A stretch of 64,000 nucleotides of DNA from Verrucomicrobiaceae bacterium (GCA_028293825.1 JAQGNY010000027.1:17531-81530), one strand, 5' to 3'. Positions 46,369-55,529 are shown, counted from the stretch's first letter. Notes: generated by a model not told the origin, from the letters alone. Made by a program: numbers and translations.

Positions 46369-46408
46369 GCAGCGGAGCCCGCAGATTTTGCTCCGCTGCT
46401 TCTTTAAT
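46369..46408 (+). terminator. Terminator or attenuator hairpin between the autotransporter gene and the 1325-aa gene
   Basis: GCAGCGGAGC-ccgcagatttt-GCTCCGCTGC (perfect 10-bp stem) followed by TTCTTTAAT. It lies 100 nt after the stop at 46268 and 15 nt before the RBS AAGGAGA of the next gene. Confidence 0.55.
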
Positions 46409-46422
46409 CCAAGGAGACGGTC

Positions 46423-49400
46423 ATGAAGCTGTCACAAAGTCGTACATTATTTTCTTCGCGTTTTTCTCCATTTAAAAAATTAATTGGCCTCGTCACGGTG
46501 GCAATCGTTCTGGCCTTAGCCGGTACCTTGGCATTCAGCGTTACGCTGCCGGTTAAAGTTAAAAAACAGCCCGATAACTATTCGGTGCGCGGTTATCTCG
46601 CTGCCGTAGTGGGCGGAACAGGGCTCGCGGAAAAGGCCGGCATTTATGCGCGCGGTGTCGCGCAGAAAAATATTTATTTACCCGGCGTCGATGTGTATTT
46701 ACTCGACCCCAAAACCGGAAAAAATAGTGACGCGGTTAAAACCGATCTCAGCGGCCGCTTCACGTTGTTTGCGCCTGCCACTGGCCAATATCAATTGTGC
46801 TGGAAATCGCGCGCCTACGATGCCGGTTGCACGCCGGCGTTTATCGACGCCAATGGTCAGGCGCAATTTCTCAGTACCGTTTATATATCGCTGCCGCGCA
46901 AGCAAGACATGGTGGCGATCATGGGCCATATCGAAGATGCCGATGGCGATTCGCTGCGCACGCTCGATCCTTATTTAAATATCAATGCGTTTGCCACTGT
47001 CGCGTTGCAGGATTTAAAAGGCAAAGCGCTGGTCGATGTGTACGTCAATAATTTTGGCGACTATCTGCTGCCGTATGTTCCGGCCAAGGGCAATGTGCAG
47101 GTGCTGGCACGAGTTGAAGGCGGCAAGGTTGCGCAGGAAATTCGCAGCGAAGCCGATCTCACGCAAACACCACTGCATCAATTAAATCTGAAAGTACAAA
47201 ATCATCATCCGCACCTCAATCCCTTAACCGTGACGGATATTTCGGGCAAGCGCGTACAGAATGCAACACCCGGCGATGAACTGAAGTTATCCGCCGTAGC
47301 GCGTGACGATGACGGCGATACCATTAAATTCAGTTGGTTTGTTGGCGAAGGTGACGGCACTCTGTTGCAGAACTCGGGTGACAGCGTAAGTTGGAAACTG
47401 CCAGCAACCGAAGGCCGCTACACAGTGACTGCGGTCGCATACGACGGCAAAGGCGGTTATGACAAAGCCGTGCTGTCAGTCTTGGCCGATAAAAACGGCG
47501 TACCGTTCACCGGTACCGTAGTGGAAAGCGGCGGTGCTCCGATTGCACTGGCGAATATCGAAATTGTCGGCAGTCCAATTATTCAAACCGATGCGAACGG
47601 CCGTTTCACCACGCGCGTGAAGGAATCCGATCGCTACGTATTTAACGTGCGCAAAGAAGGTTATGCGCTGAATTCGCAAATTTACGATCGCGGTATTAGC
47701 GGCGGTAAATGGACTTTGCGCCGTGCGCAGGTGGTATCGGTTGATCCTACGCAGCCGATTCGTATTTCGCACAAACGCGGGGAGCGCGATTGCCCCGGCC
47801 CGGATAGCTTGCGCGCAAGCCCCGGTGTTGCCGGCGAATCGATTTACACACCGCAATGGCAAGACGGTAAAGGTCATGTGATCGATGCGCCTGTGGAAAG
47901 TAATTCGGCACTGACGCGTGCAGATATTTCGCGCGTTAAAAAAATGCCGGTGGTGCTGACGCGCAATTTAAAAATACCGCGCTGTAATCCTGGGGTTTCT
48001 GTTGAATTACCGGCGAATGCCATTGAGGACGCCAAGGGAAATTTGGTGACTACGCCGATTGATATCGGCATTTCGTCGGTCGATTTATTATCGCCCGAGC
48101 AAATGCCCGGCGATGAATCGGTTATTCCCAGCGCCGGTGGTGGCGGTTACATCGAAAGTTTCGGCGCTGGTGCGCTCGATCTTCCCGCAGGTATGCATTT
48201 GAAAGCGGGAGCCTCGGCGAAAGTGATTATTCCGGTGGATCGCTCCCGACAAATTGGCGGCGCGGCTTTACCGCCTACGGTGCCGTTATTGTCATACGAC
48301 GAGAAAAAAGGTTTATGGATCGAAGAGGGCATACTTACGCTTGGCACGATCAACGGTGTACAGAGTTATGTAGGAACGGTTAAGCATTTTTCCGCGTTCA
48401 ATGCCGATAACGTAAAAAACGCGACGTCGTCCTGCGTGCGAATTTTTAGTCCGACCTTGCCGAGTAAGTATGATCTGGAAGTGGCGGCACCATTTGGCGG
48501 TACCGGCGCACCGAAAATATTGAAGAAAGAAATCGATCAGACCTCCAGCACCGAGAACGTTATTTACAATTTGCCGAACAACACCAACATCACGTTGACG
48601 CCAATGACGCAGGGCGCGAATCCGCAAGTGTTGGGTTTTTACATTGTTAATTCGGGTGCACCACAAAATCCGAATACATCGCCGAATGTACCGCCGGGAC
48701 CACCGTACACATCGTGCAATAATTTCGTTGTGCTGAAATTAGGGAGCGCGCCGGATTCACCATTTGGCGGCGAATTTTTACACGGACTTGGCTACATCGG
48801 CGCCGGCAATTTCGGCTTCGACGATTTAACCAACGCAGGGCCGACCGGCAATGCGTTGCGCGATGCATTGGTCACTGCTTCAAAAAATTATTACAGCAGC
48901 GTCGACCCAAATAATAACCGCGATACTTTTGCCAAATTTAAAAGCAGTCACGGCTTTAGCGCTAACCCGAATACACCGGCTGCCGGAGAAACCGTTGCGC
49001 AATTTGCCAACACGGGCGATCTGGGTTTCGGTCGCGATATGCATTGCAAGAAAAGTGGCGCGAACATCGCGTGCTATGTCACCAATTACGGTACTGGCTA
49101 TAACAATATTCATCCCGGCGCTGGCACTGATGATCACGACGATGCCAATGCGGCTGGTCAGCGCGCGACAGTGGGTCTGTCGAAAGAGGTCGCGACTGTG
49201 GCAATGGAGTACACCGCGATCGATAACGATCCGGTCGGTGATCGAACCGTTAAGTTCTATGTGTATAAAAAGGACTTTCCGAATGCAGGCGATTACAACC
49301 GTAGTATTTCCGCAAATCTCGACGGTCGCGGTGAACGTCCGGTACCGCAGCTGTGTATGATTTGTCACGGCGGTCAGGTGCCGCAACAGTCCGGTGGTGC

Positions 49401-50400
49401 GCCGATTTTTAGCGCGGCAAACGATGTGAAGTTGAACGCGCGTTTTTTGCCGTTCGATTATCGGCTGTATACGTTTCCATCCAATCCAGCACTGCCGAGC
49501 ACTGCGCAGGATGCAAGTTTCAAAACATTTAATCAGGTGATCGTCGATAACGTGCCGACCGGTGCGCCAACTAGCGATCCAATTCGCGAAGTGGTGCGCG
49601 CGTTATACAACGATGCAACGCATACCAATTCGCCAACGCAATTACTCGACTCACCGGTACCGAATTGGAAAACCGGAGCATCTGCTGCAGCGGCTGGTCA
49701 GCAAAATTTCTACGATAGGGTTTTTGCCAACGCTTGTCGCACCTGCCACATCGCGCAGCCGTTTGCGCAATTGCAATTCAATACGTCGCAGAAGTTTTTA
49801 CATGTGACGACATCGCAATTTGGTGTGTCGGCAAATAATTTTCTGATGCTCGGAACAGCGCAGTCGCGGGTCTGCGGCGATTACACAATGCCGCATGCAT
49901 TGCGCACGCACGATATTTTCTGGGGCGTATTTTCCGATATCAATCCAGCTATTGCCGCGATTTCCATGCCGACGGAATTTCAGGCGTTTGGCGATGGTCT
50001 GGGTGGAGCAGCGACGGCGGGTGCGTGGAAGCCGAATCTATGCACGTCCTTCCTGGCCAGTACGGTATCGGTGCCGAGCAATTTTTATCAGCACGATATT
50101 CAAACGATTTGGAACGGCAAATGTGTTGCGTGCCATATCTCCGGCGGAATCGGACCGTTTAGTTTGACCGAGGGCAATTCATACGCGAATTTGGTTCCGG
50201 GTCGCGTGGTGGCGGGCAACGATAATCCGGCGACGGCGGGCAATACGCTGTTGGCGCGCATCACGGCGGCAGCGCCCGGTGGCGGACGCATGCCGCCGAA
50301 TTGTTTCCGCGCGCCGGAACCGCCCAATGGCAATGTGCCGTGCTTGGTGCAAACCGACGTCGACAAAATTAAAGCGTGGATACGCAGCGGCGCGAATTAA
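46423..50400 (+). CDS. 1325-aa exported multidomain protein: N-terminal signal/anchor, CarboxypepD_reg-like and Ig/PKD-like modules, and a C-terminal region with three CxxCH motifs
   Basis: Preceded by a strong RBS. The N-terminal hydrophobic segment is LIGLVTVAIVLALAGTLAFS. Beta-sandwich-like modules include GVDVYLLDPKTGKNSDAVKTDLSGRFTLF, IEIVGSPIIQTDANGRFTTRV and DDDGDTIKFSWFVGEGDG...YTVTAVAYDGKGGYD. The CxxCH motifs are CMICH, CRTCH and CVACH; the last has context IWNGKCVACHISGG...GRMP, resembling Planctomycete-type cytochrome c (PSCyt1) domains. Confidence 0.8.
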   Translation: MKLSQSRTLFSSRFSPFKKLIGLVTVAIVLALAGTLAFSVTLPVKVKKQPDNYSVRGYLAAVVGGTGLAEKAGIYARGVAQKNIYLPGVDVYLLDPKTGKNSDAVKTDLSGRFTLFAPATGQYQLCWKSRAYDAGCTPAFIDANGQAQFLSTVYISLPRKQDMVAIMGHIEDADGDSLRTLDPYLNINAFATVALQDLKGKALVDVYVNNFGDYLLPYVPAKGNVQVLARVEGGKVAQEIRSEADLTQTPLHQLNLKVQNHHPHLNPLTVTDISGKRVQNATPGDELKLSAVARDDDGDTIKFSWFVGEGDGTLLQNSGDSVSWKLPATEGRYTVTAVAYDGKGGYDKAVLSVLADKNGVPFTGTVVESGGAPIALANIEIVGSPIIQTDANGRFTTRVKESDRYVFNVRKEGYALNSQIYDRGISGGKWTLRRAQVVSVDPTQPIRISHKRGERDCPGPDSLRASPGVAGESIYTPQWQDGKGHVIDAPVESNSALTRADISRVKKMPVVLTRNLKIPRCNPGVSVELPANAIEDAKGNLVTTPIDIGISSVDLLSPEQMPGDESVIPSAGGGGYIESFGAGALDLPAGMHLKAGASAKVIIPVDRSRQIGGAALPPTVPLLSYDEKKGLWIEEGILTLGTINGVQSYVGTVKHFSAFNADNVKNATSSCVRIFSPTLPSKYDLEVAAPFGGTGAPKILKKEIDQTSSTENVIYNLPNNTNITLTPMTQGANPQVLGFYIVNSGAPQNPNTSPNVPPGPPYTSCNNFVVLKLGSAPDSPFGGEFLHGLGYIGAGNFGFDDLTNAGPTGNALRDALVTASKNYYSSVDPNNNRDTFAKFKSSHGFSANPNTPAAGETVAQFANTGDLGFGRDMHCKKSGANIACYVTNYGTGYNNIHPGAGTDDHDDANAAGQRATVGLSKEVATVAMEYTAIDNDPVGDRTVKFYVYKKDFPNAGDYNRSISANLDGRGERPVPQLCMICHGGQVPQQSGGAPIFSAANDVKLNARFLPFDYRLYTFPSNPALPSTAQDASFKTFNQVIVDNVPTGAPTSDPIREVVRALYNDATHTNSPTQLLDSPVPNWKTGASAAAAGQQNFYDRVFANACRTCHIAQPFAQLQFNTSQKFLHVTTSQFGVSANNFLMLGTAQSRVCGDYTMPHALRTHDIFWGVFSDINPAIAAISMPTEFQAFGDGLGGAATAGAWKPNLCTSFLASTVSVPSNFYQHDIQTIWNGKCVACHISGGIGPFSLTEGNSYANLVPGRVVAGNDNPATAGNTLLARITAAAPGGGRMPPNCFRAPEPPNGNVPCLVQTDVDKIKAWIRSGAN

Positions 50401-50422
50401 AATGTGGAAGTGTTGTTTAGAG

Positions 50423-50451
50423 GCGGCGCATTCATGCGCCGCTTCTATTTT
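50423..50451 (+). terminator. Rho-independent terminator of the 1325-aa gene
   Basis: GCGGCGCA-ttca-TGCGCCGC followed by TTCTATTTT, 22 nt after the stop. Confidence 0.75.
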
Positions 50452-50531
50452 GCGGAAATAGGTTTCTCTATTAGAAATCGTTTAGCAGACAATAGTTGGT
50501 TTTCTAAATCGATTTTCTAAAATCAATTTCT

Positions 50532-50819
50532 TCACATCAATAACAGATTCATTTGGTGCGCCAACGAAAAATCGCGTTCGGTAATGCCGCCGGCTTCGTG
50601 CGTAGTTAGCCAGATTTCCAAACGGTTGTAGACGTTGAGCCATTCCGGATGATGATCGGCTTTTTCCGCCATCAGCGCGACTTGCGTCATAAATCCGAAC
50701 GCAGCATTGAATGTGTTGAATTGAATCGCTCGATAAAGTTTACCGTCGCGCAAACTCCAGTCGTTCAGTTGTGGCAGCCGCTGTTGAATATCCTCAAGAG
50801 CTAATTTTTTAATAGTCAT
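50532..50819 (-). CDS. phhB: Pterin-4a-carbinolamine dehydratase (PCD/DCoH family)
   Basis: 95-aa ORF with the signature ...[31 protein letters not shown]. It lies 14 nt downstream of trmA. Confidence 0.88.
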   Translation of the reverse strand: MTIKKLALEDIQQRLPQLNDWSLRDGKLYRAIQFNTFNAAFGFMTQVALMAEKADHHPEWLNVYNRLEIWLTTHEAGGITERDFSLAHQMNLLLM

Positions 50820-50833
50820 GGTGTTCTCCGCGA

Positions 50834-51922
50834 TTAACGTTTACGCAATACCACTCCGCATTCCAAATGGTGCGTATAAGGAAATTGATCGAACAGTGCG
50901 AGCGCTGCAATCGTGTGCGTCGACTGCAGCGCGATGACGTTATCGCGCAACGTAGTCGGATTACAGGAAATATACAGAATGTTGTCGAAGCGTTGTGCCA
51001 GTACCAGCGTGGTTTCGTCCAGACCGCTACGCGGCGGATCAACCAGCAATGTGCTGAATTGATAGTCCGTCAACGCTACGTTGTGCAAGCGTCTAAAGGC
51101 TCTGCCGCCTGAAAGCGCGGTGCTGATTTCATCGCTCGACATGCGCACCAGTGTCACGTTATTAATTTTGTTAACAGTGAGGTTGTGTTCGGCCACACGC
51201 ACACTGGATTTGGAAATTTCGGTGGCGAGCACGCGTTGAAAAAGCGGCGCCAATGCAATCGTGAAATTGCCATTGCCGCAATACAGTTCGAGCAAATCAC
51301 CGCCAACATTTTGCAATTGCGCGCCAGCCCAGGTCAGCATCTGCTGGTTGATACCGCCATTGGGTTGCGTGAAGCTGCCTTCGATTTGTCGATAATGAAG
51401 AAGTCGTTCGTTGACCGTCAATACTTCATCGACATAGTCGTTGCGCAACACAATTTTTTGTTTGCGACTGCGACCGATTAATTGCGTGCCGATTGCATCT
51501 TGTAACGTCGTTGCAGCTTGACGCCACGCATCGTCGAGCGCGCGGTGATAGACCAGCGAAATTACCGCATCGCCGCTCAGCGTTGTCAGAAATTCGACTT
51601 GAAATAATCGGTGCCGGAGCGGCTCGCTCTGCAATAACGCCCCGCGTAGTAGCGGCATTAGCTCGTTTATACGCAGTGACGCGGTGGGGAATTCAGTAAT
51701 CGGTATGGCGGTGGCTGGCGCATCCGGATCGAACATCACGTAGTCGATAGTGTCGCCTTTGTGCCACATGCGAAATTCCGCGCGCAGCCGATAATGCGTT
51801 GGAGCCGAGCAAAAAACCTTGGGGTCGAGCGCAGTTACCGCGGCGAAGTCCTCGCGGAATTTACGCACTTTATTATCGAGCTGCTGCGTGTAGAGACTGG
51901 GGTCGACGATGGGTAAGGGCAT
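50834..51922 (-). CDS. trmA: tRNA (uracil54-C5)-methyltransferase
   Basis: Preferred start at ATG 51922 ([19 protein letters not shown]), giving about 362 aa. SAM-MTase motifs are [21 protein letters not shown] and YISCNP. The ORF track extends to 51970. Confidence 0.9.
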   Translation of the reverse strand: MPLPIVDPSLYTQQLDNKVRKFREDFAAVTALDPKVFCSAPTHYRLRAEFRMWHKGDTIDYVMFDPDAPATAIPITEFPTASLRINELMPLLRGALLQSEPLRHRLFQVEFLTTLSGDAVISLVYHRALDDAWRQAATTLQDAIGTQLIGRSRKQKIVLRNDYVDEVLTVNERLLHYRQIEGSFTQPNGGINQQMLTWAGAQLQNVGGDLLELYCGNGNFTIALAPLFQRVLATEISKSSVRVAEHNLTVNKINNVTLVRMSSDEISTALSGGRAFRRLHNVALTDYQFSTLLVDPPRSGLDETTLVLAQRFDNILYISCNPTTLRDNVIALQSTHTIAALALFDQFPYTHHLECGVVLRKR

Positions 51923-52020
51923 GGCGGTTCCGGGTTGCGCGCGGCGGCCCGCATTATACGCGGCGAACACGGCGCCATCAGCTACAATTGACCACCTGAA
52001 TCGGGAATGGAGCGAAGCGA

Positions 52021-53031
52021 ATGAAGGTGTTAGTTACCGGCGGCGCCGGTTATATCGGCAGCCATACCTGTGTTGAATTATTGAATGCCGGTCACGATGT
52101 CGTCGTGGTCGATAATATGTGTAACAGCAGCGAAGAATCGCTGCGCCGTGTACAAAAAATTGCCGGTCGCGAATTACTGTTAGAGCGTGCCGATGTGCGG
52201 GATGAAACTGCACTTGAGCGAATATTCTCGCAGCATAAATTCGATGCGGTCATTCATTTCGCGGGCCTCAAAGCCGTTGGCGAATCGGTGGCGCAACCGC
52301 TGCGCTACTACCAAAATAATGTGCAGGGAACACTGACATTATGCGAAGTCATGGCGCGGCATGGCGTTTTTAATTTGGTGTTCAGTTCGTCTGCCACGGT
52401 TTACGGCGATCCGCACACTGTTCCGATTACCGAAGATTTTCCGCTGTCCGCAACCAATCCGTATGGGCGCTCGAAATTAATGGTCGAGGAAGTATTACGC
52501 GATCTCGGCAAGGCCGACCCCAAATGGAATTTAATTTTGCTGCGTTATTTTAATCCGGTGGGCGCACATGAAAGCGGCTTGATCGGTGAAGACCCGAACG
52601 GTATCCCCAATAATTTAACGCCGTATATCACGCAAGTCGCGGTCGGCAAATTGAAGCAGTTGGCGGTATTCGGCAACGATTACGCCACTATAGACGGCAC
52701 TGGCGTACGCGATTTTATTCACGTTGTCGATCTTGCCATTGGACATTTAAAAGCGTTGGATAAACTGGCGGAAAATCCTGGCGTGGTTGCGTATAACCTC
52801 GGCACTGGTCAGGGTTATTCGGTATTGCAGATGATTGCAGCGTTCGAGAAAGCGTCGGGTGTTGCCATCGATTTTCGCATTGCACCACGTCGTCCGGGCG
52901 ATATTGCGAGTTGCTATGCCGATCCCGCATTAGCGGCGCAAGCGTTGCGTTGGCGCGCGGAGCGCGGTTTAACCGAAATGACGCGCGATGGCTGGAATTG
53001 GCAGAAACTAAATCCCAATGGTTTTAAATAA
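52021..53031 (+). CDS. galE: UDP-glucose 4-epimerase
   Basis: 336-aa ORF with [24 protein letters not shown] and PYGRSK (YxxxK). Confidence 0.95.
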   Translation: MKVLVTGGAGYIGSHTCVELLNAGHDVVVVDNMCNSSEESLRRVQKIAGRELLLERADVRDETALERIFSQHKFDAVIHFAGLKAVGESVAQPLRYYQNNVQGTLTLCEVMARHGVFNLVFSSSATVYGDPHTVPITEDFPLSATNPYGRSKLMVEEVLRDLGKADPKWNLILLRYFNPVGAHESGLIGEDPNGIPNNLTPYITQVAVGKLKQLAVFGNDYATIDGTGVRDFIHVVDLAIGHLKALDKLAENPGVVAYNLGTGQGYSVLQMIAAFEKASGVAIDFRIAPRRPGDIASCYADPALAAQALRWRAERGLTEMTRDGWNWQKLNPNGFK

Positions 53032-53093
53032 GCCGTAATTTTTAACGGTTAAGTAAAATCGAATCGGTGTCGAAAAATAGTGATTTAAAGTTG

Positions 53094-53124
53094 AAAAGCA
53101 CATTGAACAATGTGCTTTTTTTTT
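53094..53124. terminator. Bidirectional rho-independent terminator between convergent galE and the ybiB-like gene
   Basis: AGCACATT-gaac-AATGTGCT preceded by GAAAA and followed by nine T. The T-run overlaps the TAA stop of the minus-strand gene. Confidence 0.8.
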
Positions 53125-54136
53125 AAGAAATTCTGTCGCGATTACGTTGTTGCCAATAATCTTGCGCCAGCGCTAAAGCCTGCGCCGGCTCCTCGGCTTT
53201 TTGCAGCAATCGCAATGCAATGGCCAGCGTGCCGACAATGGCCATCTCGGCATATTCGTCATTTGCAGTGCCGCTCCATATTTTACGCAAGTGCTCGATA
53301 TCTAACTCTTCCGGTTGTTCTTGCCGGCCCTCGATCATTTTCGGCCATGCGTCTTCACTCATAACGCCGTTGTGCACGCTGAATACTTTCGTCAGCGCTT
53401 CCGGTTTGCGTTCGACTTCGCCGCCTTCACCTTTAAACACGCTGGCGTGCAATTGGCCTAAATCGATCGCGGCCTGCTGATGGCGCAGTGCATAAGGTGG
53501 ATGAAATACACTTTGAATACTGTACGGCGCCGACAATGGATTGAGCAGGCGCGTCAACGTATGCACCGGTGAACGCAAACCAAAGTCGTTGCGCAGATCG
53601 ATCATTACTTGCAGCGGCGGGCTGATATGGCGCAGCGGCATAAAAGTGAAATTCGTTTTATCGAGCGCTTGCTCAACATCGGTCCAATTTTCCGCCGCTG
53701 TTACGCCCAGCTCATTGAGCACCGATTCGGTGTAAATACGGCCTTTGGTATGGCCGCCGGCGCCATGTAAAAACACGCGAATACCGCGATCAGCCAGCGC
53801 GAGCGCACTCAGTAAAAACCACGGCAAATGTTTGCGTTTGCCGGCGTAACTCGACCAATCCAAATCGACGTTAATGTCGGTCGGCGCATGGATAGTCGCG
53901 CGTGCTGCTTCGACAAAACCGGTTAACTCTTCCGCGCTTTCTTCTTTTACGCGCAGCAACATTAAAAAAGCGCCGAGTTGAACATCTTTTACTTCACCGC
54001 GCAAAATCATGCCCATCGCGATGCGCGCTTCTTCGCGCGTCAATGAGCGCGATCCGGTTTTGCCTTTTCCCAAAATTCGCACAAAGGGTGCGAAAGCATG
54101 CTCGTTGGGTTTCGCGATCAAATTCTGCGTGTTCAT
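53123..54136 (-). CDS. ybiB: YbiB/TrpD2-like protein (glycosyl transferase family 3 fold, nucleic-acid-binding type)
   Basis: Preferred start at ATG 54136 (MNTQNLIAKPNEHAFAPFVRILGKGKTGSRSLTREEA...). This resembles the YbiB N-terminal helical domain followed by an anthranilate-PRT-like fold. It starts 10 nt after the tusE stop. Confidence 0.75.
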   Translation of the reverse strand: MNTQNLIAKPNEHAFAPFVRILGKGKTGSRSLTREEARIAMGMILRGEVKDVQLGAFLMLLRVKEESAEELTGFVEAARATIHAPTDINVDLDWSSYAGKRKHLPWFLLSALALADRGIRVFLHGAGGHTKGRIYTESVLNELGVTAAENWTDVEQALDKTNFTFMPLRHISPPLQVMIDLRNDFGLRSPVHTLTRLLNPLSAPYSIQSVFHPPYALRHQQAAIDLGQLHASVFKGEGGEVERKPEALTKVFSVHNGVMSEDAWPKMIEGRQEQPEELDIEHLRKIWSGTANDEYAEMAIVGTLAIALRLLQKAEEPAQALALAQDYWQQRNRDRIS

Positions 54137-54146
54137 CGTGCACCTG

Positions 54147-54476
54147 TCATAAGCAATGTTCCGGGCGCGGTAGGCCGGCAATTTTGCTGGCGATTTTCGC
54201 GGGGCTACCCGGAAATAATTTCAGCAGATAAATACTATTGCCTTTGTCTGCTCCCAGCTGTTGGCCGATAAATTTAACCAACGGACGCATCGCCGGTGAT
54301 TGTTCGTACCGCAGATAAAAAATACGTAGCGTACGAATAATTTCCCAATGTGCTTCGCTCAAAATAATACGGTCAGACGCTGCGATCATTTCCGCAACTG
54401 CTTCGCTCCAATCGTCGAAGCGTTGCAAATAGCCGTCATTGTCGGTTTCGAGTCGCACACCATTAGCCAGCAGCAT
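54147..54476 (-). CDS. tusE: Sulfurtransferase TusE (DsrC family)
   Basis: Preferred start at ATG 54476, giving 109 aa. The C-terminal arm is ...KIASKIAGLPRPEHCL with the conserved penultimate-region Cys. The tusB stop lies 2 nt upstream. Confidence 0.85.
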   Translation of the reverse strand: MLLANGVRLETDNDGYLQRFDDWSEAVAEMIAASDRIILSEAHWEIIRTLRIFYLRYEQSPAMRPLVKFIGQQLGADKGNSIYLLKLFPGSPAKIASKIAGLPRPEHCL

Positions 54477-54478
54477 AT

Positions 54479-54772
54479 TCAATACCAGCTTTGTATCGTG
54501 GTGTGTTCGCAACATAACTGCACAAAGTCCGCGTAATCGATCGCAACGATAGCGTCGGCGATGCGTCCCGTTAATCCGCGCGCCGCGATATCTGGTATTA
54601 AGGCGTACACATTATTGCAGTGTGCGATTAATTGCGCCGCCGATTCGGAATTCGCCAATGCAGCGTAGACGCCGTCCTCGATCAGCAAGATAGCGGAATC
54701 GTTAGAGCAAAATCGTAAGCACTCATCGAGCGCACGATTGCCGTAAGAGGATTTATTAACGATGTGCAGCAT
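54479..54772 (-). CDS. tusB: Sulfurtransferase complex subunit TusB (DsrH)
   Basis: 97-aa ORF: MLHIVNKS...LLIEDGVYAA...VYALIPDIAARGLTGRI...IDYADFVQL, which aligns closely by eye with enterobacterial TusB. Confidence 0.85.
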   Translation of the reverse strand: MLHIVNKSSYGNRALDECLRFCSNDSAILLIEDGVYAALANSESAAQLIAHCNNVYALIPDIAARGLTGRIADAIVAIDYADFVQLCCEHTTIQSWY

Positions 54773-54774
54773 AA

Positions 54775-55137
54775 TTAAAAATTCAGCGCGAAATCACTGC
54801 GCGAAAGCAGCGCAGTAATTTCGTCGCGATTAAGTAACGTAACAGGCAACGACAAATCGCTGGCGCTGAGCTTGCGTTTATCCAGCGCATCGCTATCGAT
54901 ATAAATAGTATTCACGTCGTATAGGGGCAGCGCGCTCAATTGTTTCTCGAAAGATTTTTGTGAAATCGCTGCGCCATCTTGTCGATTTATTAATTGCAGA
55001 ACGCCATCGCCGAGAAATAATAAAGCGACTTGCTGATCGAATGCTGCTGCCGCCATTGCGACATCGATCGCTTCACGCGCGAACGATTCGCCGTAAGGCG
55101 GGCGCCGGCACACAACTAAAAAATGTTTTCTTGTCAT
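54775..55137 (-). CDS. tusC: Sulfurtransferase complex subunit TusC (DsrF)
   Basis: 120-aa ORF with PPYGESFAREAIDVAMAAAAFDQQVALLFLGDGVLQL...LPLYDV, a TusC-like pattern. It overlaps the end of tusD by 4 nt. Confidence 0.85.
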   Translation of the reverse strand: MTRKHFLVVCRRPPYGESFAREAIDVAMAAAAFDQQVALLFLGDGVLQLINRQDGAAISQKSFEKQLSALPLYDVNTIYIDSDALDKRKLSASDLSLPVTLLNRDEITALLSRSDFALNF

Positions 55138-55529
55138 GGTCCGAATGTCACGACGCGATCGGCATTAATACATGCATCGACCCATTGTCCCAGTCCCGAC
55201 AACTCGAATCCTGCGTGCAAATTATTCGCTGCTTTGTCGTAGCGACGACTTTCGGCGGCGTCGACAATGCCGCGTTTTAATGCGCTGGCGACACAGACGA
55301 CGAGATCGATATTCTGTTGAGCGGCTAATTCACTCCAATGCATGGCGACCGAGTGCTGATCGGCGGGCGGCACTAATAAATTGCTGCCGCAATGCACACC
55401 GTCATGGAAAAAAAATACCCGTAACACCCGATGGCCGGCGTCGATTGCCGCGCGTGCGAACGTCAATGCCGTTTGCGGACATTGCGAAGAGGCGGGGGCG
55501 CCTAACACCATCAAAGCGAATGTAGTCAT
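55134..55529 (-). CDS. tusD: Sulfurtransferase TusD (DsrE)
   Basis: Preferred start at ATG 55529 (MTTFALMVLGAPASSQ...FFFHDGV...VVCVASALKRGIVD...GFELSGLGQWV...DRVVTF). This is a TusD-like pattern including the active-site Cys region. The ORF track extends to 55610. Confidence 0.87.
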   Translation of the reverse strand: MTTFALMVLGAPASSQCPQTALTFARAAIDAGHRVLRVFFFHDGVHCGSNLLVPPADQHSVAMHWSELAAQQNIDLVVCVASALKRGIVDAAESRRYDKAANNLHAGFELSGLGQWVDACINADRVVTFGP

